A stretch of 64,000 bases of DNA from Tubulanus polymorphus (Eukaryota > Animalia > Nemertea), in the NCBI RefSeq assembly GCF_964204645.1, contig NC_134036.1:806001-870000 (forward strand), in the 5' to 3' direction. Both the position numbers and the translations under genes were made by a program. The notes beneath the pieces were generated by a model. The model saw nothing but the letters and a program-made list of their open reading frames with translations. It did no database searches and was not told the DNA's origin. Of the stretch, positions 23,881-35,600 are shown piece by piece; position 1 is the first letter of the stretch, and each line of letters opens with the position of its first letter.

Positions 23881-24965
23881 CTACTTTTTTTCTACTAATT
23901 CGTCGATGTAATTACAAAATTTTGTTTTGAGATATTCTGAAAATTCTTTAAAGGAAAGTTTATTATCGTTATCGGTATCGTAGGATTTGATGGTATTCAT
24001 AGCGTCTTCACTCTCTGCACCTAAAACACCACACAATGTGAGATACGTCTCCATTTCATCTGTCTCTATATAGCCACTCTTATCTTTGTCCACTAGATCG
24101 AAAAGCCTCTTCCAATATTCTTCGACCTTCGGTCTAAATTAATAGACAAATATAAATGGCGTCAAATTTTCATTGATAAAAATATGAATCATCCTGCGCG
24201 ATTTGACTGTTGATCTAGTTAGAGTTGTGCGGGTCTGATTTGACTCTGAACCAGTTGTGTAGGTCTGTCTGAGCATGTTTGTTATGATAAGAGTTTGTAG
24301 ATAGTTTCAGCTATACTTACAAGAGGATATGCTTCAACAGTTTTTGCAGTGAAACAGTTTCACTTATTTCACCATCCTCTGTCGTACATATTTCCTAATT
24401 ATAAAATGCAGATCATTTATTAATCGTTTCTTTCCCTCTGTCCCTCTCCCTCTGTCCCTCTGTCCCTCTCCCTCTCCCTCTCCCTCTCCCTCTCCCTCTC
24501 CCTCTCCCTCTCCCTCTCCCTCTCCCTCTCCCTCTCCCTCTCCCTCTCCCTCTCCCTCTCCCTCTCCCTCTCCCTCTGGCCCTCTCCCTCTGGCCCTCTC
24601 CCTCTCCCTCTCCCTCTCCCTCTCCCTCTCCCTCTCCCTCTCCCTCTCCCTCTCAACCGCCCTCTCCCTCTCAACCGCCCTCTCCCTCTCAACCGCCCTC
24701 TCAACCGCCCTCTCCCTCTCAACCGCCCTCTCCCTCTCCCTCTCAACCGCCCTCTCCCTCGCCCTTTCTTCAGTGTTACCTTCATGGTTTCTTCACTCAA
24801 CCCTAACGTCTCGATTTCTTTCTTGTCCAGTGTATTGTTGAAATCCTCATCCGCAAATGATATTTTCTTCCATGTTTCATCCACATTCTTTGGTAATTCG
24901 CTAAATTGATATTTTTTACAAACATAGTAAGCTAACGAATCCAACGTTATGTGAACATCGGCCAT
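23881..24965 (-). CDS. EF-hand calcium-binding protein E4 (170 aa); exons 24965-24780, 24394-24321, 24133-23881
   Basis: Loops [36 protein letters not shown]; non-coding exon donor near 25582. Confidence 0.9.
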
Positions 24966-26511
24966 GTTGTAACTGTTGAATCGTTGAAATCACAAACACA
25001 CACACACGTAAAAACTAAAAAATACGACAAAAATAAATGGAATAAGATACCAAAATAAATGATAGCCCAAGATCCGGTCACGCAGTTATGTTTTAAAATT
25101 CGATTCTGCAGTGTTGAAATTGATTTTCTTTAAGCTATTGAAATACATGGAGCAATAAACTATATTTCAATATTCTAGTCCAGGGCCGTGTCTGTGTTCG
25201 GTTGTCTTCCTCGGAGAAATAGTTTGAAGTAGTTGTATTTCCAAATATCATCGACAAAAACTAAACGCGACCCCTGTTATATAGTTTTTCTCTAGACTAA
25301 AATTAAAAAAAACGTTGGAGCCAATTCCCGGGTGGACAGATGAAAACCTCGATATTTTGATCCGAAATCTTAATTAAGCAAATGGATAAAGCAATATTTT
25401 GTCTAACTTTAAGTTTAAAGTTTATCGTTACAAATCAATCGAAGTGATCGAAAACATGGTTTTTTTCTAATTCTTAAAATATGGATTGAGCCTGTTATTT
25501 TTTTGATCGGTAGATTTTGTTTTGTTTTGATTTGCTATCGAAGTATATAATTGGATATTAACGCTATTTACGTGGTACATACCTCTCGGGGATCTAGAGT
25601 CCTTCCAGCTCCTTACGCGAATGGTTGTCAACGACAGAACTGACCGAGACGCCAACGGGCTCTATTAATATAAGTGCATAGGGCGAAACGGAACAGCCCT
25701 GGACAGGCCTATCCCTCGCAGAAACATGACTGTACGCGGTCGACGTATTACACGTACGCATATGCGCCGCGCGGTGCTTGTCGCAAAATTGAAGTAAATA
25801 AAAAATCCAGTATCTAGGCACCACCCGATTGTTTTGTGGCAACAAGTTAACAAGGTTCAAGGTTTTCTCTTTATAGAATCAAACTCTCGTAAATCGGCCG
25901 GCTAGTGTCTCGGAATCGTCACATTATTGGAGTTATCTTAAGACACTTTAGAAAATCTTGAATTATTTGTTTTATTACATTTTGTTACATAAATTTTCAG
26001 CATTTTTGGTTACTCTGTCTCTGCCTACGTCCGACTCTTATTCTAGGCCATTTAGAGCGAAGAGCATTCGAGATTAATCGTCACGTTTGCACGGCTGCTC
26101 TGTTGAACTGAATCTTCATTCATGAACATGTAGACCGGAAATAAATCGGAGTTACGCATGCGCAACAAAGCACCGACCTGGTGTGAAAAAAAATTCGCAG
26201 ACTGGGTCTGGGACAGTTGGACTAGGTCCGGGACAGTGAGACTGTGTCCGGGATGGTGAGACTGGAACCAAAACGACTGTAAAAGTGCAGGGATCTCCAG
26301 TTTTTGTATTGTTGTAGGCATTTAAAGTAGGCATAAGTGAAAATCCTCTAATTCTTAAAATTATAAAAACAATCAATTCAATTCATAATACAAAAAAAAA
26401 CAACTTCATCATTTTATTTGTCCATATATTTTATTTTCAATTTGGATTTCAAAGCTGTTTTCGAGATTGGAGATAATCCCCCTAAACCATTTGTTGATTA
26501 TTACGTATTGA

Positions 26512-27920
26512 CTAAAGACCATCCGATGGTCCTTTTCCTACGGCTGGAACTAATTCGTCGATGCGATTACAAAAATCTGTTTTGAGATATTCCGAAAATT
26601 CTTTAAAGGAAAATTTCTTATCGTTATCGGAATCAAAGGATTTGATGGTATTCATAGCTTTTTCACTCTCTGCACCTAAAACACCACACAATGTGAGATA
26701 CGTCTCCATTTCATCTGTCTCTATATAGCCACTTCTATCTTTGTCCACTAGATCGAAAAGCCTCTCCCAATGTTCTTCGGCCTTCGGTCTAAATTAATAG
26801 ACAAATATAAACGGCGTCAAATTTTCATTGATAAAAATATGAATCATCTTGTGCGATTTGACTGTGGATCTAGTTAGAGTTGTGCGGGTCTGATTTGACT
26901 CTGAACCAGTTGTGTAGGTCTGTCTGAGCATGTTTGTTATGATAAGAGTTTGTAGATAGTTTCAGCTATACTTACAAGAGGATATGCTTCAACAGTTTTC
27001 GCAGTGGAACAGTTTCACTTATTTCACCATCCTCTGTCGTACATATTTCCTAATTATAAATTGCAGATCATTTATTAATCGTTTCTTTCCCTCTGTCCCT
27101 CTCCCTCTGTCCATCTGTCCCTCTCCCTCTCCCTCTCCCTCTGTCCCTCTCTCCCTCTCCCTCTCCCTCTCCCTCTCCCTCTCCCTCTCCCTCTCCCTCT
27201 CCCTCTCCCTCTCCCTCTCCCCTCCCCTCCCCCTCCCCCTCCCCCTCCCCCTCTCCCTCTCCCTCTCCCTCTCCCTCTCCCTCTCCCTCTCCCTCTCCCT
27301 CTCCCTCTCCCTCTCCCTCTCCCTCTCCCTCTCCTCTCCCTCTCCCTCTCCCTCTCCCTCTCCCTCTCCCTCTCCCTCTCCCTCTCCTCTCCCTCTCCCT
27401 CTCCCTCTCCCTCTCCCTCTCCCTCTCCCTCTCCCTCTCCCTCTCCCTCTCCTCTCCTCTCCCTCTCCCTCTCCCTCTCCCTCTCCCTCTCCCTCTCCCT
27501 CTCCCTCTCCCTCTCCCTCTCCCTCGCCCTCGCCTCTCCCTCTCCTCTCCCTCTCCCTCTCCCTCTCCCTCTCCCTCTCCCTCTCCCTCTCCCTCGCCCT
27601 CGCCCTCTCCCTCTCCCTCTCCCTCTCCCTCTCCCTCTCCCTCTCCCTCTCCCTCTCCCTCTCCCTCTCCCTCTCCCTCTCCCTCTCCCTCTCCCTCTCC
27701 CTCGCCCTCTCCCTCGCCCTTTCTTCAGTATTACCTTCATGATTTCTTCACTCAACTTTAACTCCTCGATTTCTTTTTTGTCCAGTGTGTTGTTTCCATC
27801 AAGATCCGCATATGATATATTGCACATCGCTTCATACAGATTCTTTGGTAAGTGGCTAAATTGATAGTGTTTACGAACATATTCAGCTAACTTATACAAC
27901 GTTCTGTGAACATCGGCCAT
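26512..27920 (-). CDS. EF-hand calcium-binding protein E5 (178 aa); exons 27920-27735, 27049-26976, 26788-26512
   Basis: Loops [36 protein letters not shown]; part of a ~3-kb tandem unit. Confidence 0.9.
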
Positions 27921-29569
27921 GTTGTAACTGTTGAATCGTTGAAATCACAAACACACACACACGTAAAAACTAAAAAATACGACAAAAATAAATGGAATAA
28001 GATACCAAAATAAATGATAGCCCAAGATCCGGTCACGCAGTTATGTTTTAAAATTCGATTCTGCAGTGTTGAAATTGATTTTCTTTAAGCTATTGAAATA
28101 CATGGAGCAATTAACTATATTTCAATATTCTAGTCCAGGGCCGTGTCTGTGTTCGGTTGTCTTCCTCGGAGAAATAGTTTGAAGTAGTTGCATTCACAAA
28201 TATGATCGACAAAACTAACCGCGACCCCCGTTATATAGTTTTTCTCTAGACTAAAATTAACAAAAACGTTGGAGCCAATTCCCGGATGGACAGATGAAAA
28301 CCGACCGGGATCAGCCTCGATATTTTGATCCGAAATCTTAATTAAGCAAATGGATAAAGCAATATTTTGTCTAACTTTAAGTTTAAAGTTTATCGTTACA
28401 ATCAATCGAAGTGATCGAAAACATAGTTTTTTTCTAATTCTTAAAATATGGATTGAGCCTGTTATTTTTTGATCGGTAGATTTTGTTTTGTTTTGATTTG
28501 CTATCGAAGTATATAATTGGATATTAACGCTATTTACGTGGTACATACCTCTCGGGGATCTAGAGTCCGTCCAGCTCCTTACGCGAATGGTTGTCAACGA
28601 CAGAACTGACCGAGACGCCAACGGGCTCTATTAATATAAGTGCATAGGGCGAAACGGAACAGCCCTGGACAGGCCTATCCCTCGCAGAAACATGACTGTA
28701 CGCGGTCGACGTATTACACGTACGCATATGCGCCGCGCGGTGCTTGTCGCAAAATTGAAGTAAATAAAAAATCCAGTATCTAGGCACCACCCGATTGTTT
28801 TGTGGCAACAAGTTAACAAGGTTCAAGGTTTTCTCTTTATAGAATCAAACTCTCGTAAATCGGCCGGCTAGTGTCTCGGAATCGTCACATTATTGGAGTT
28901 ATCTTAAGACACTTTAGAAAATCTTGAATTATTTGTTTTATTACATTTTGTTACATAAATTTGCAGCATTTTTGGTTACTCTGTCTCTGCCTACGTCCGA
29001 CTCTTATTCTAGGCCATTTAGAGCGAAGAGCATTCGAGATAAATCGTCACGTTTGCACGGCTGCTCTGTTGAACTGAATCTTCATTCATGAACATGTAGA
29101 CCGGAAATAAATCGGAGTTACGCATGCGCAACAAAGCACCGACCTGGTGTGAAAAAAAATTCGCAGACTGGGTCTGGGACAGTTGGACTAGGTCCGGGAC
29201 AGTGAGACTGGGTCCAGGGCAAAGGGACCATGTCCGGGACAGTGAGACTGGGTCTGGGACAGTGGGACTAGGTCCGGGACTAGGTCCGGGGCAGTAAGAC
29301 TGGGTCCGGGATGGTGAGACTGGAACCAAAACGACTGTAAAAGTGCAGGGATCTCCAGTTTTTGTATTGTTGTAGGCATTTAAAGTAGGCATAAGTGAAA
29401 ACCCTCTAATTCTTAAAATTATCAAAACAATCAATTCAATTCATAATACAAAAAAAAACAACTTCATCATTTTATTTGTCCATATATTTTATTTTCAATT
29501 TGGATTTCGAAGCTGTTTTCGAGATTGGAGATAATCCCCCTAAACCATTTGTTGATTATTACATATTGA

Positions 29570-30716
29570 CTAAAGACCATCCGATGGTCCTTTTCCTACG
29601 GCTGGAACTAATTCGTCGATGCGATTACAAAAATCTGTTTTGAGATATTCCGAAAATTCTTTAAAGGAAAATTTCATATCGTTATCGGAATCAAAGGATT
29701 TGATGGTATTCATAGCTTTTTCACTCTCTGCACCTAAAACACCACACAATGCGAGATACGTCTCCATTTCATCTGTCTCTATATAGCCACTTCTATCTTT
29801 GTCCACTATATTGAAAAGCCTCTCCCAATGTTCTTCGGCCTTCGGTCTAAATTAATAGACAAATATAAATGGCGTCATATTTTGATTGATAAATATATGA
29901 ATCATCTTGTGCGATTTGACTGTTGATCTAGTTAGAGTTGTGCGGGTCTGATTTGACTCTGAACCAGTTGTGTAGGTCTGTCTGAGCATGTTTGTTATGA
30001 TAAGAGTTTGTAGATAGTTTCAGCTATACTTACAAGAGGATATGCTTCAACAGTTTTCGCAGTGGAACAGTTTCACTTATTTCACCATCCTCTGTCGTAC
30101 ATATTTCCTAATTATAAATTGCAGATCATTTATTAATCGTATCTCTCCCTCTCCCTCTCCCTCTCCCTCTCCCTCTCCCTCTCCCTCTCCCTCTCCCTCT
30201 CCCTCTCCCTCTCCCTCTCCCTCTCCCTCTCCCTCTCCCTCTCCCTCTCCCTCTCCCTCTCCCTCTCCCTCTCCCTCTCCCTCTCCCTCTCCCTCTCCCT
30301 CTCCCTCTCCCTCTCCCTCTCCCTCTCCCTCTCCCTCTCCCTCTCCCTCTCCCTCTCCCTCTCCCTCTCCCTCTCCCTCTCCCTCTCCCTCTCCCTCTCC
30401 CTCTCCCTCTCCCTCTCCCTCTCCCTCTCCCTCGCCCTCGCCCTCTCCCTCGCCCTCTCCCTCGCCCTCGCCCTCTCCCTCGCCCTCTCCCTCGCCCTCT
30501 CCCTCTCCCTCGCCCTTTCTTCAGTATTACCTTCATGATTTCTTCACTCAACTTTAACTCCTCGATTTCTTTTTTGTCCAGTGTGTTGTTTCCATCAAGA
30601 TCCGCATATGATATATTGCTCATCGCTTCATACAGATTCTTTGGTAATTCGCTAAATTGATAGTGATTACGAACATATTCAGCTAACTTATACAACGTTA
30701 TGCGAACATCGGCCAT
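29570..30716 (-). CDS. EF-hand calcium-binding protein E6 (178 aa); exons 30716-30531, 30107-30034, 29846-29570
   Basis: Recent duplicate of E5 (stop codons 3058 bp apart), 9 aa differences. Confidence 0.9.
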
Positions 30717-32299
30717 GTTGTAACTGTTGAATCGTTGAAATCACAAACACACACACACGTAAAAACTAAAAAATACGACAAAAATAAATGGAATAAGATA
30801 CCAAAATAAATGATAGCCCAAGATCCGGTCACGCAGTTATGTTTTAAAATTCGATTCTGCAGTGTTGAAATTGATTTTCTTTAAGCTATTGAAATACATG
30901 GAGCAATAAACTATATTTCAATATTCTAGTCCAGGGCCGTGTCTGTGTTCGGTTGTTTTCCTCGGAGAAATAGTTTGAAGTAGTTGCATTTCCAAATATC
31001 ATCGACAAAAACTAACCGCGACCCCCGTTATATAGTTTTTCTCTAGACTAAAATTAACAAAAACGTTGGAGCCAATTCCCGGATGGACAGATGAAAACCG
31101 ACCGGGATCAGTCTCGATATTTTGATCCGAAATCTTAACGAAAGGTTTCAATACATAATTAAACAAATGGATAAAGCAATATTTTGTCTAACTTTAAGTT
31201 TAAAGTTTATCGTTACAAATCAATCGAAGTGATCGAAAACATGGTTTTTTTCTAATTCTTAAAATATGGATTGAGCCTGTTATTTTTTTGATCGGTAGAT
31301 TTTGTTTTGTTTTGATTTGCTATCGAAGTATATAATGGGATATTAACGCTATTTACGTGGTACATACCTCTCGGGGATCTAAAGTCCTTCCAGCTCCTTA
31401 CGCGAATGGTTGTCAACGACAGAACTGACCGAGACGCCAACGGGCTCTATTAATATAAGTGCATAGGGCAAAACGAGCGAACAGCCCTGGACAGGCCTAT
31501 CCCTCAGAAACATGACCATACCCGCCCCCATTCGACGTGGTCGACGAACCGGTATGTATATGCGCGGGGCTTGTCGCAAAATCACCCGATTGTTTTGTGG
31601 TAACAAGTTAACAAGGTTCAAGGTGTTCTCTTTATAAAATCAAACTCTCGTAAATTGGCCGGCTAGTATCTCGGATTTCATTGGAATTATCTTAAGACGC
31701 TTTTATTCAAGACACTTTTGAAAATCGGCTTTGAGGAGGTTTCAGAGACTTTTCGATTTTCTTATCATCCATCAAAATCTAATAACACATTCGTCAAATT
31801 CAATGAAATGAGCGGATCTGGCATGTACGGCGGCAACGCCAGGCAAAGCTATAGTTCAACTCCCCAATCAGCTTTCTTACAAAAATAAAGATCGCCCAAT
31901 AAAACTATATCTTAAAAGAATAATATTCAATATAAATGAATTGCTATTTGAATTGTTCCACTGCTGTTTGAAATCTTTAAGAACTTTTCTCACCGAGAAT
32001 CCGGTGCGCACCGGCAGATTTCGGCAAATAGTTCGTCCTCTGAGCTGGTAACAAGTGCCTGGCAGGCGAGTAAACCGATAGTTTACGTATTTTACCGCCT
32101 ACGTTATACATAGCGGCAGCACCTGACGGTTTGAAACTGAACTCACTCAACTGGCGCGACTTATCTGGGTCATAAAATTCGGAAAATGCATGAATAATTT
32201 TTAGAAAAATAACTTCGATTCATCGTTTTTATTTGTATATAAAGACGTTAAAAATGACTTATACCGCAATCAAGTTCAAAATTCGGATATCATTTCAGA

Positions 32300-32426
32300 A
32301 TGATCGGGATTCGAACCCGCTCGTTCGTTGGCGAGGGACGCCATTTTGTGAATCGCTTAGCGTGCTGCAGATCTGGACCCGTTTTACGCAGCGCTTCATT
32401 GACTCTAATTTGACGTCGAAGTAAGT
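32300..32426 (+). promoter_or_regulatory. SYNCRIP promoter / non-coding exon 1
   Basis: YY1-type CGCCATTTT 32339-32347, donor GTAAGT at 32421, B-box-like GGGATTCGAACCC 32306-32318. Confidence 0.55.
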
Positions 32427-32688
32427 CTGAAACCGGTTCCAAACTGTCGATACCGCGAGGTGAAATTAATCGGGAATATTTTGATGCATCTATTGTGCGG
32501 GTTTCGGCTCGAACTTCAGAAGAAATTCGATGTTTTTAAGGCGCAGAATTCGAGGCGACGCCTCGCGGCCATTTTCGTTTCTTTGTCGAGTTAAAATGGC
32601 GTCGCTTGTTGTCTATTTTCCCTTTGTTCGACTTTAAACCCGTTTTATTTCTGATATTTCTAGGTTTGGATAGCCAATTTTTCAAATC

Positions 32689-35600
32689 ATGGCAGCTAAT
32701 GGAGGTAAGTAATGAAAAATTGATTGTTTTTACATCAGTTTGGAATTTTGTTTTGTCCGATTTGAACAAATTTAAACCGTGCTCTAAATTTCCCCCTCAC
32801 CTCAGACCTCAGTTATTATGAAAATTGATGATTAAACCATTGCTATTAGTACTCTGCTTGAAATAACCTTCATGAAGTGTCCCAAAAATGAAATTCTAAT
32901 TATTTCTGTAATTAATTTGATTTAATATTTTCCTCTTTTATTCCCGATAAACAGAAGAGAAAACTGAGACCAACAATGGAGAAGGCGGTGTTGCCGCGGA
33001 AACTGAGACCGTCGAAGTAAAAACGGAAACGGAAACTACCGAGCCGGTGGAGAGAACCGAGGCCCACGCTAAACTTCTCGAATACGGAATCATTGATTCC
33101 GTCGCCAACGAACTGGACGAGATTTATAAAACCGGTAAATATAGTTAACCGAACTGGTACCGACTTATCTCACCAGGTGGCGAGGACGTCTTATTGTGTT
33201 CGTCTAAATGTTACTGAAACGAGGTTTATATAAGATTGAATTATAATAGGGAATTTTTGTAGTAATTGAAGTCAGTAACATAGGTAACATGGCTTAGTTT
33301 TAGGACCAGTCTAAGATAAGTTCTTAAGCCCAGTGTTTTCAATAAGAGCCAGGTCCCAGACCCGTCTGTTGTTTGTTTACTTCAAACAAGCTTTTGTTTC
33401 AGGGACTGTGACATATTATGGGACCCTCCTATTTTTCAAAGGGACCTGGCTTGTTAATTTCTTATTGAAAACACTGAAAGCCTACCTTCAGATATAAGAC
33501 AGCTCTTAATCTTGAGTAGAGACTCGTCGATGAAACCTACTCGAAGAATTAAATCCTCACTTGCCATTAAGTTAATGTCCTACTGTTCCCCGTAGTGACA
33601 GCTGGTAAAACTTCATCTACCGCGGTTAACCCAGATGCGTGTCTGCTGACTTGTCAACTGAGGTCTACTAGATGACTGAATCCTCACTTGCCACAGTCAT
33701 CATGTCAATTACATATATAGAGTTAATGTTTCGCTTTAAGGTTTAATGCAACACGAAGATTTAGACCAGCGCGCGCTCGACGCGTTGAAAGAATGCAACG
33801 AAGAGAAAGGTCTCGCCGTTTTAGACCAGTTTAAGAAGAGCGATCTGTTCCACGTCGGCAACAAGAGCGCTTACCTGTGCGGAGTGATGAAAGCTTACCG
33901 GATGAAGGCTCATATGCCGAGCACCGAGCGCAAGGGACCCGATGAGACTAAACTGAACGTGAGTATCAATTACTGTTGATTAGAATTTGGGCACTAGCTA
34001 TAAATTTGAAAATATTAAGATATTCGTTTGCAGTCGTGACTTAGGTCCAAAAGTGGTCTTAAGTTGTAGTAAGATTGGCCGTAGAACTCAATCGGTCTTA
34101 AGTCTTAGCCATGGTTGTGCAACTGGCCCCTGGTGACAAAATGTTAAAAGGAAATTTCTTACTAATCCCAGTGATGATGGCTCCAAAATTGATAATCGGT
34201 CTCATGATATAAGTGTGAATAACTGTATGGATAATTTGGGTAATACGGTAGACTGCTCACTAGCTATAAATTCATGATATATAGGAATATATGTTTGAAG
34301 CTCAGAACATCGTCCGGTAACCGAAGTGTTAAAAAGAAATTAGAAAAAAATAATCCCTGTGATGATGGCTCCGAAATCTGTTATTGGCCTCTTTCTACGG
34401 AATTTTATTGAAACACTAATTTATTTAGTCTTCTATTAGAAAATTCTGGAACGTATGTTACTGCGGGTCTTACTGTTAATCACTGATTAATGTGAACATT
34501 TTCTTTCATATTCCATTCTATTGAAAAAAATTTGATTTGTAACCGATAGCACATTTAAGAGGTTGACAGTCTCGATAGATGTTTGATACTCTGTTTTATT
34601 ATCGCATGCCTAGTGACAAAATGTTAAAAAGATATTTCTTACTATTCCCCAGTGATAATGGCTCGAAACTTTATTATGGGCCTCACGAGATTGCAGAGTC
34701 TACTGTTTTAACCGCAGGACCATGTTAATTTCTTTCTACAGAATACTAATTTACTTTGTCTTCTATTAGGAAATTCTCGAACGCACCGGGTATAAATTGG
34801 ACATAACGACCGGTCAGAGAAAGTACGGGCCGCCGCCGGGTTGCGAGGAAAGCGCCAGTCCGGGCTGCGCCGGTCACGAGGTATTCTGCGGTAAGATACC
34901 GCGCGATCTGTTCGAAGACGAGTTGATTCCGTTGTTTGAGAAATGCGGTAAAATCTGGGATCTGCGTCTGATGTTGGATCACACTACCGGACTGAATCGC
35001 GGATTCTGTTTTGTGACGTATTGCGATAAAGAGGGCGCTCAAGAGGCTGTCAAACAGGTCGGTCGCGGATAATTGTTTTAATTAGTAATTAACTTTTAAC
35101 CCTTGCAGTGTGTCTACACCGCAGTGCGGTGTATGAATCAGTAATGGATTTTGCTAGTACATCGCACAGCGGTGTATTGATATAATTAGTAATTATCCTC
35201 TTTAAAAATGGCAGCACGTGTCAAACAAATTGAGATACTAGTAACTAACGATACACCGCATCGTGGTGTAGACGCACTATAGTGGTATTCCCGTTTTTCA
35301 AAACACTAGGGTGGAATTTTTCAAAAGTTTCAAATTATCTTCAGCACTATAGGGTATTAATTAGCCAGCACTGAAAGGGTTAATTTAATCGCAGATGTGA
35401 GATACTTTGCCTGGTTCAGAACAGGGGCCTTAGTCTTTAAGAGTTCCCTGATCTCTAATAGAGATTCTGGATAGATTCTATTCCTGCAGTGAAAATCAGG
35501 AAATTATTATTATTATTACTATTATTATTTATGCATAATATAAAGCTCGCGGATTAGAAAATGTTGAGTATTCAAAAAGTTGATGTTTAATCGATTTTCT

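Noticed and set aside
17539-30716. EF-hand plus poly-RG/ER fusion ORFs and antisense poly-SP/LS ORFs
   Set aside because: The sense-strand microsatellite has almost no T and cannot contain stops; good donors precede it and the spliced products restore the EF-hand protein. Intron retention is not excluded but has no support here.
12663-30716. Calling the EF-hand cluster photoproteins or sarcoplasmic Ca-binding proteins
   Set aside because: Only the I/III/IV loop pattern is shared; loop spacing differs and I cannot identify the coelenterazine-pocket residues or the C-terminal Pro of aequorin-type proteins.
14055-31621. Recurrent ORFs MNLVNLLPQ.., MLTCCHKT.. and MASRSVLS..
   Set aside because: They overlie duplicated promoter and non-coding exon DNA, often start at non-ATG codons, and shift frame between copies.
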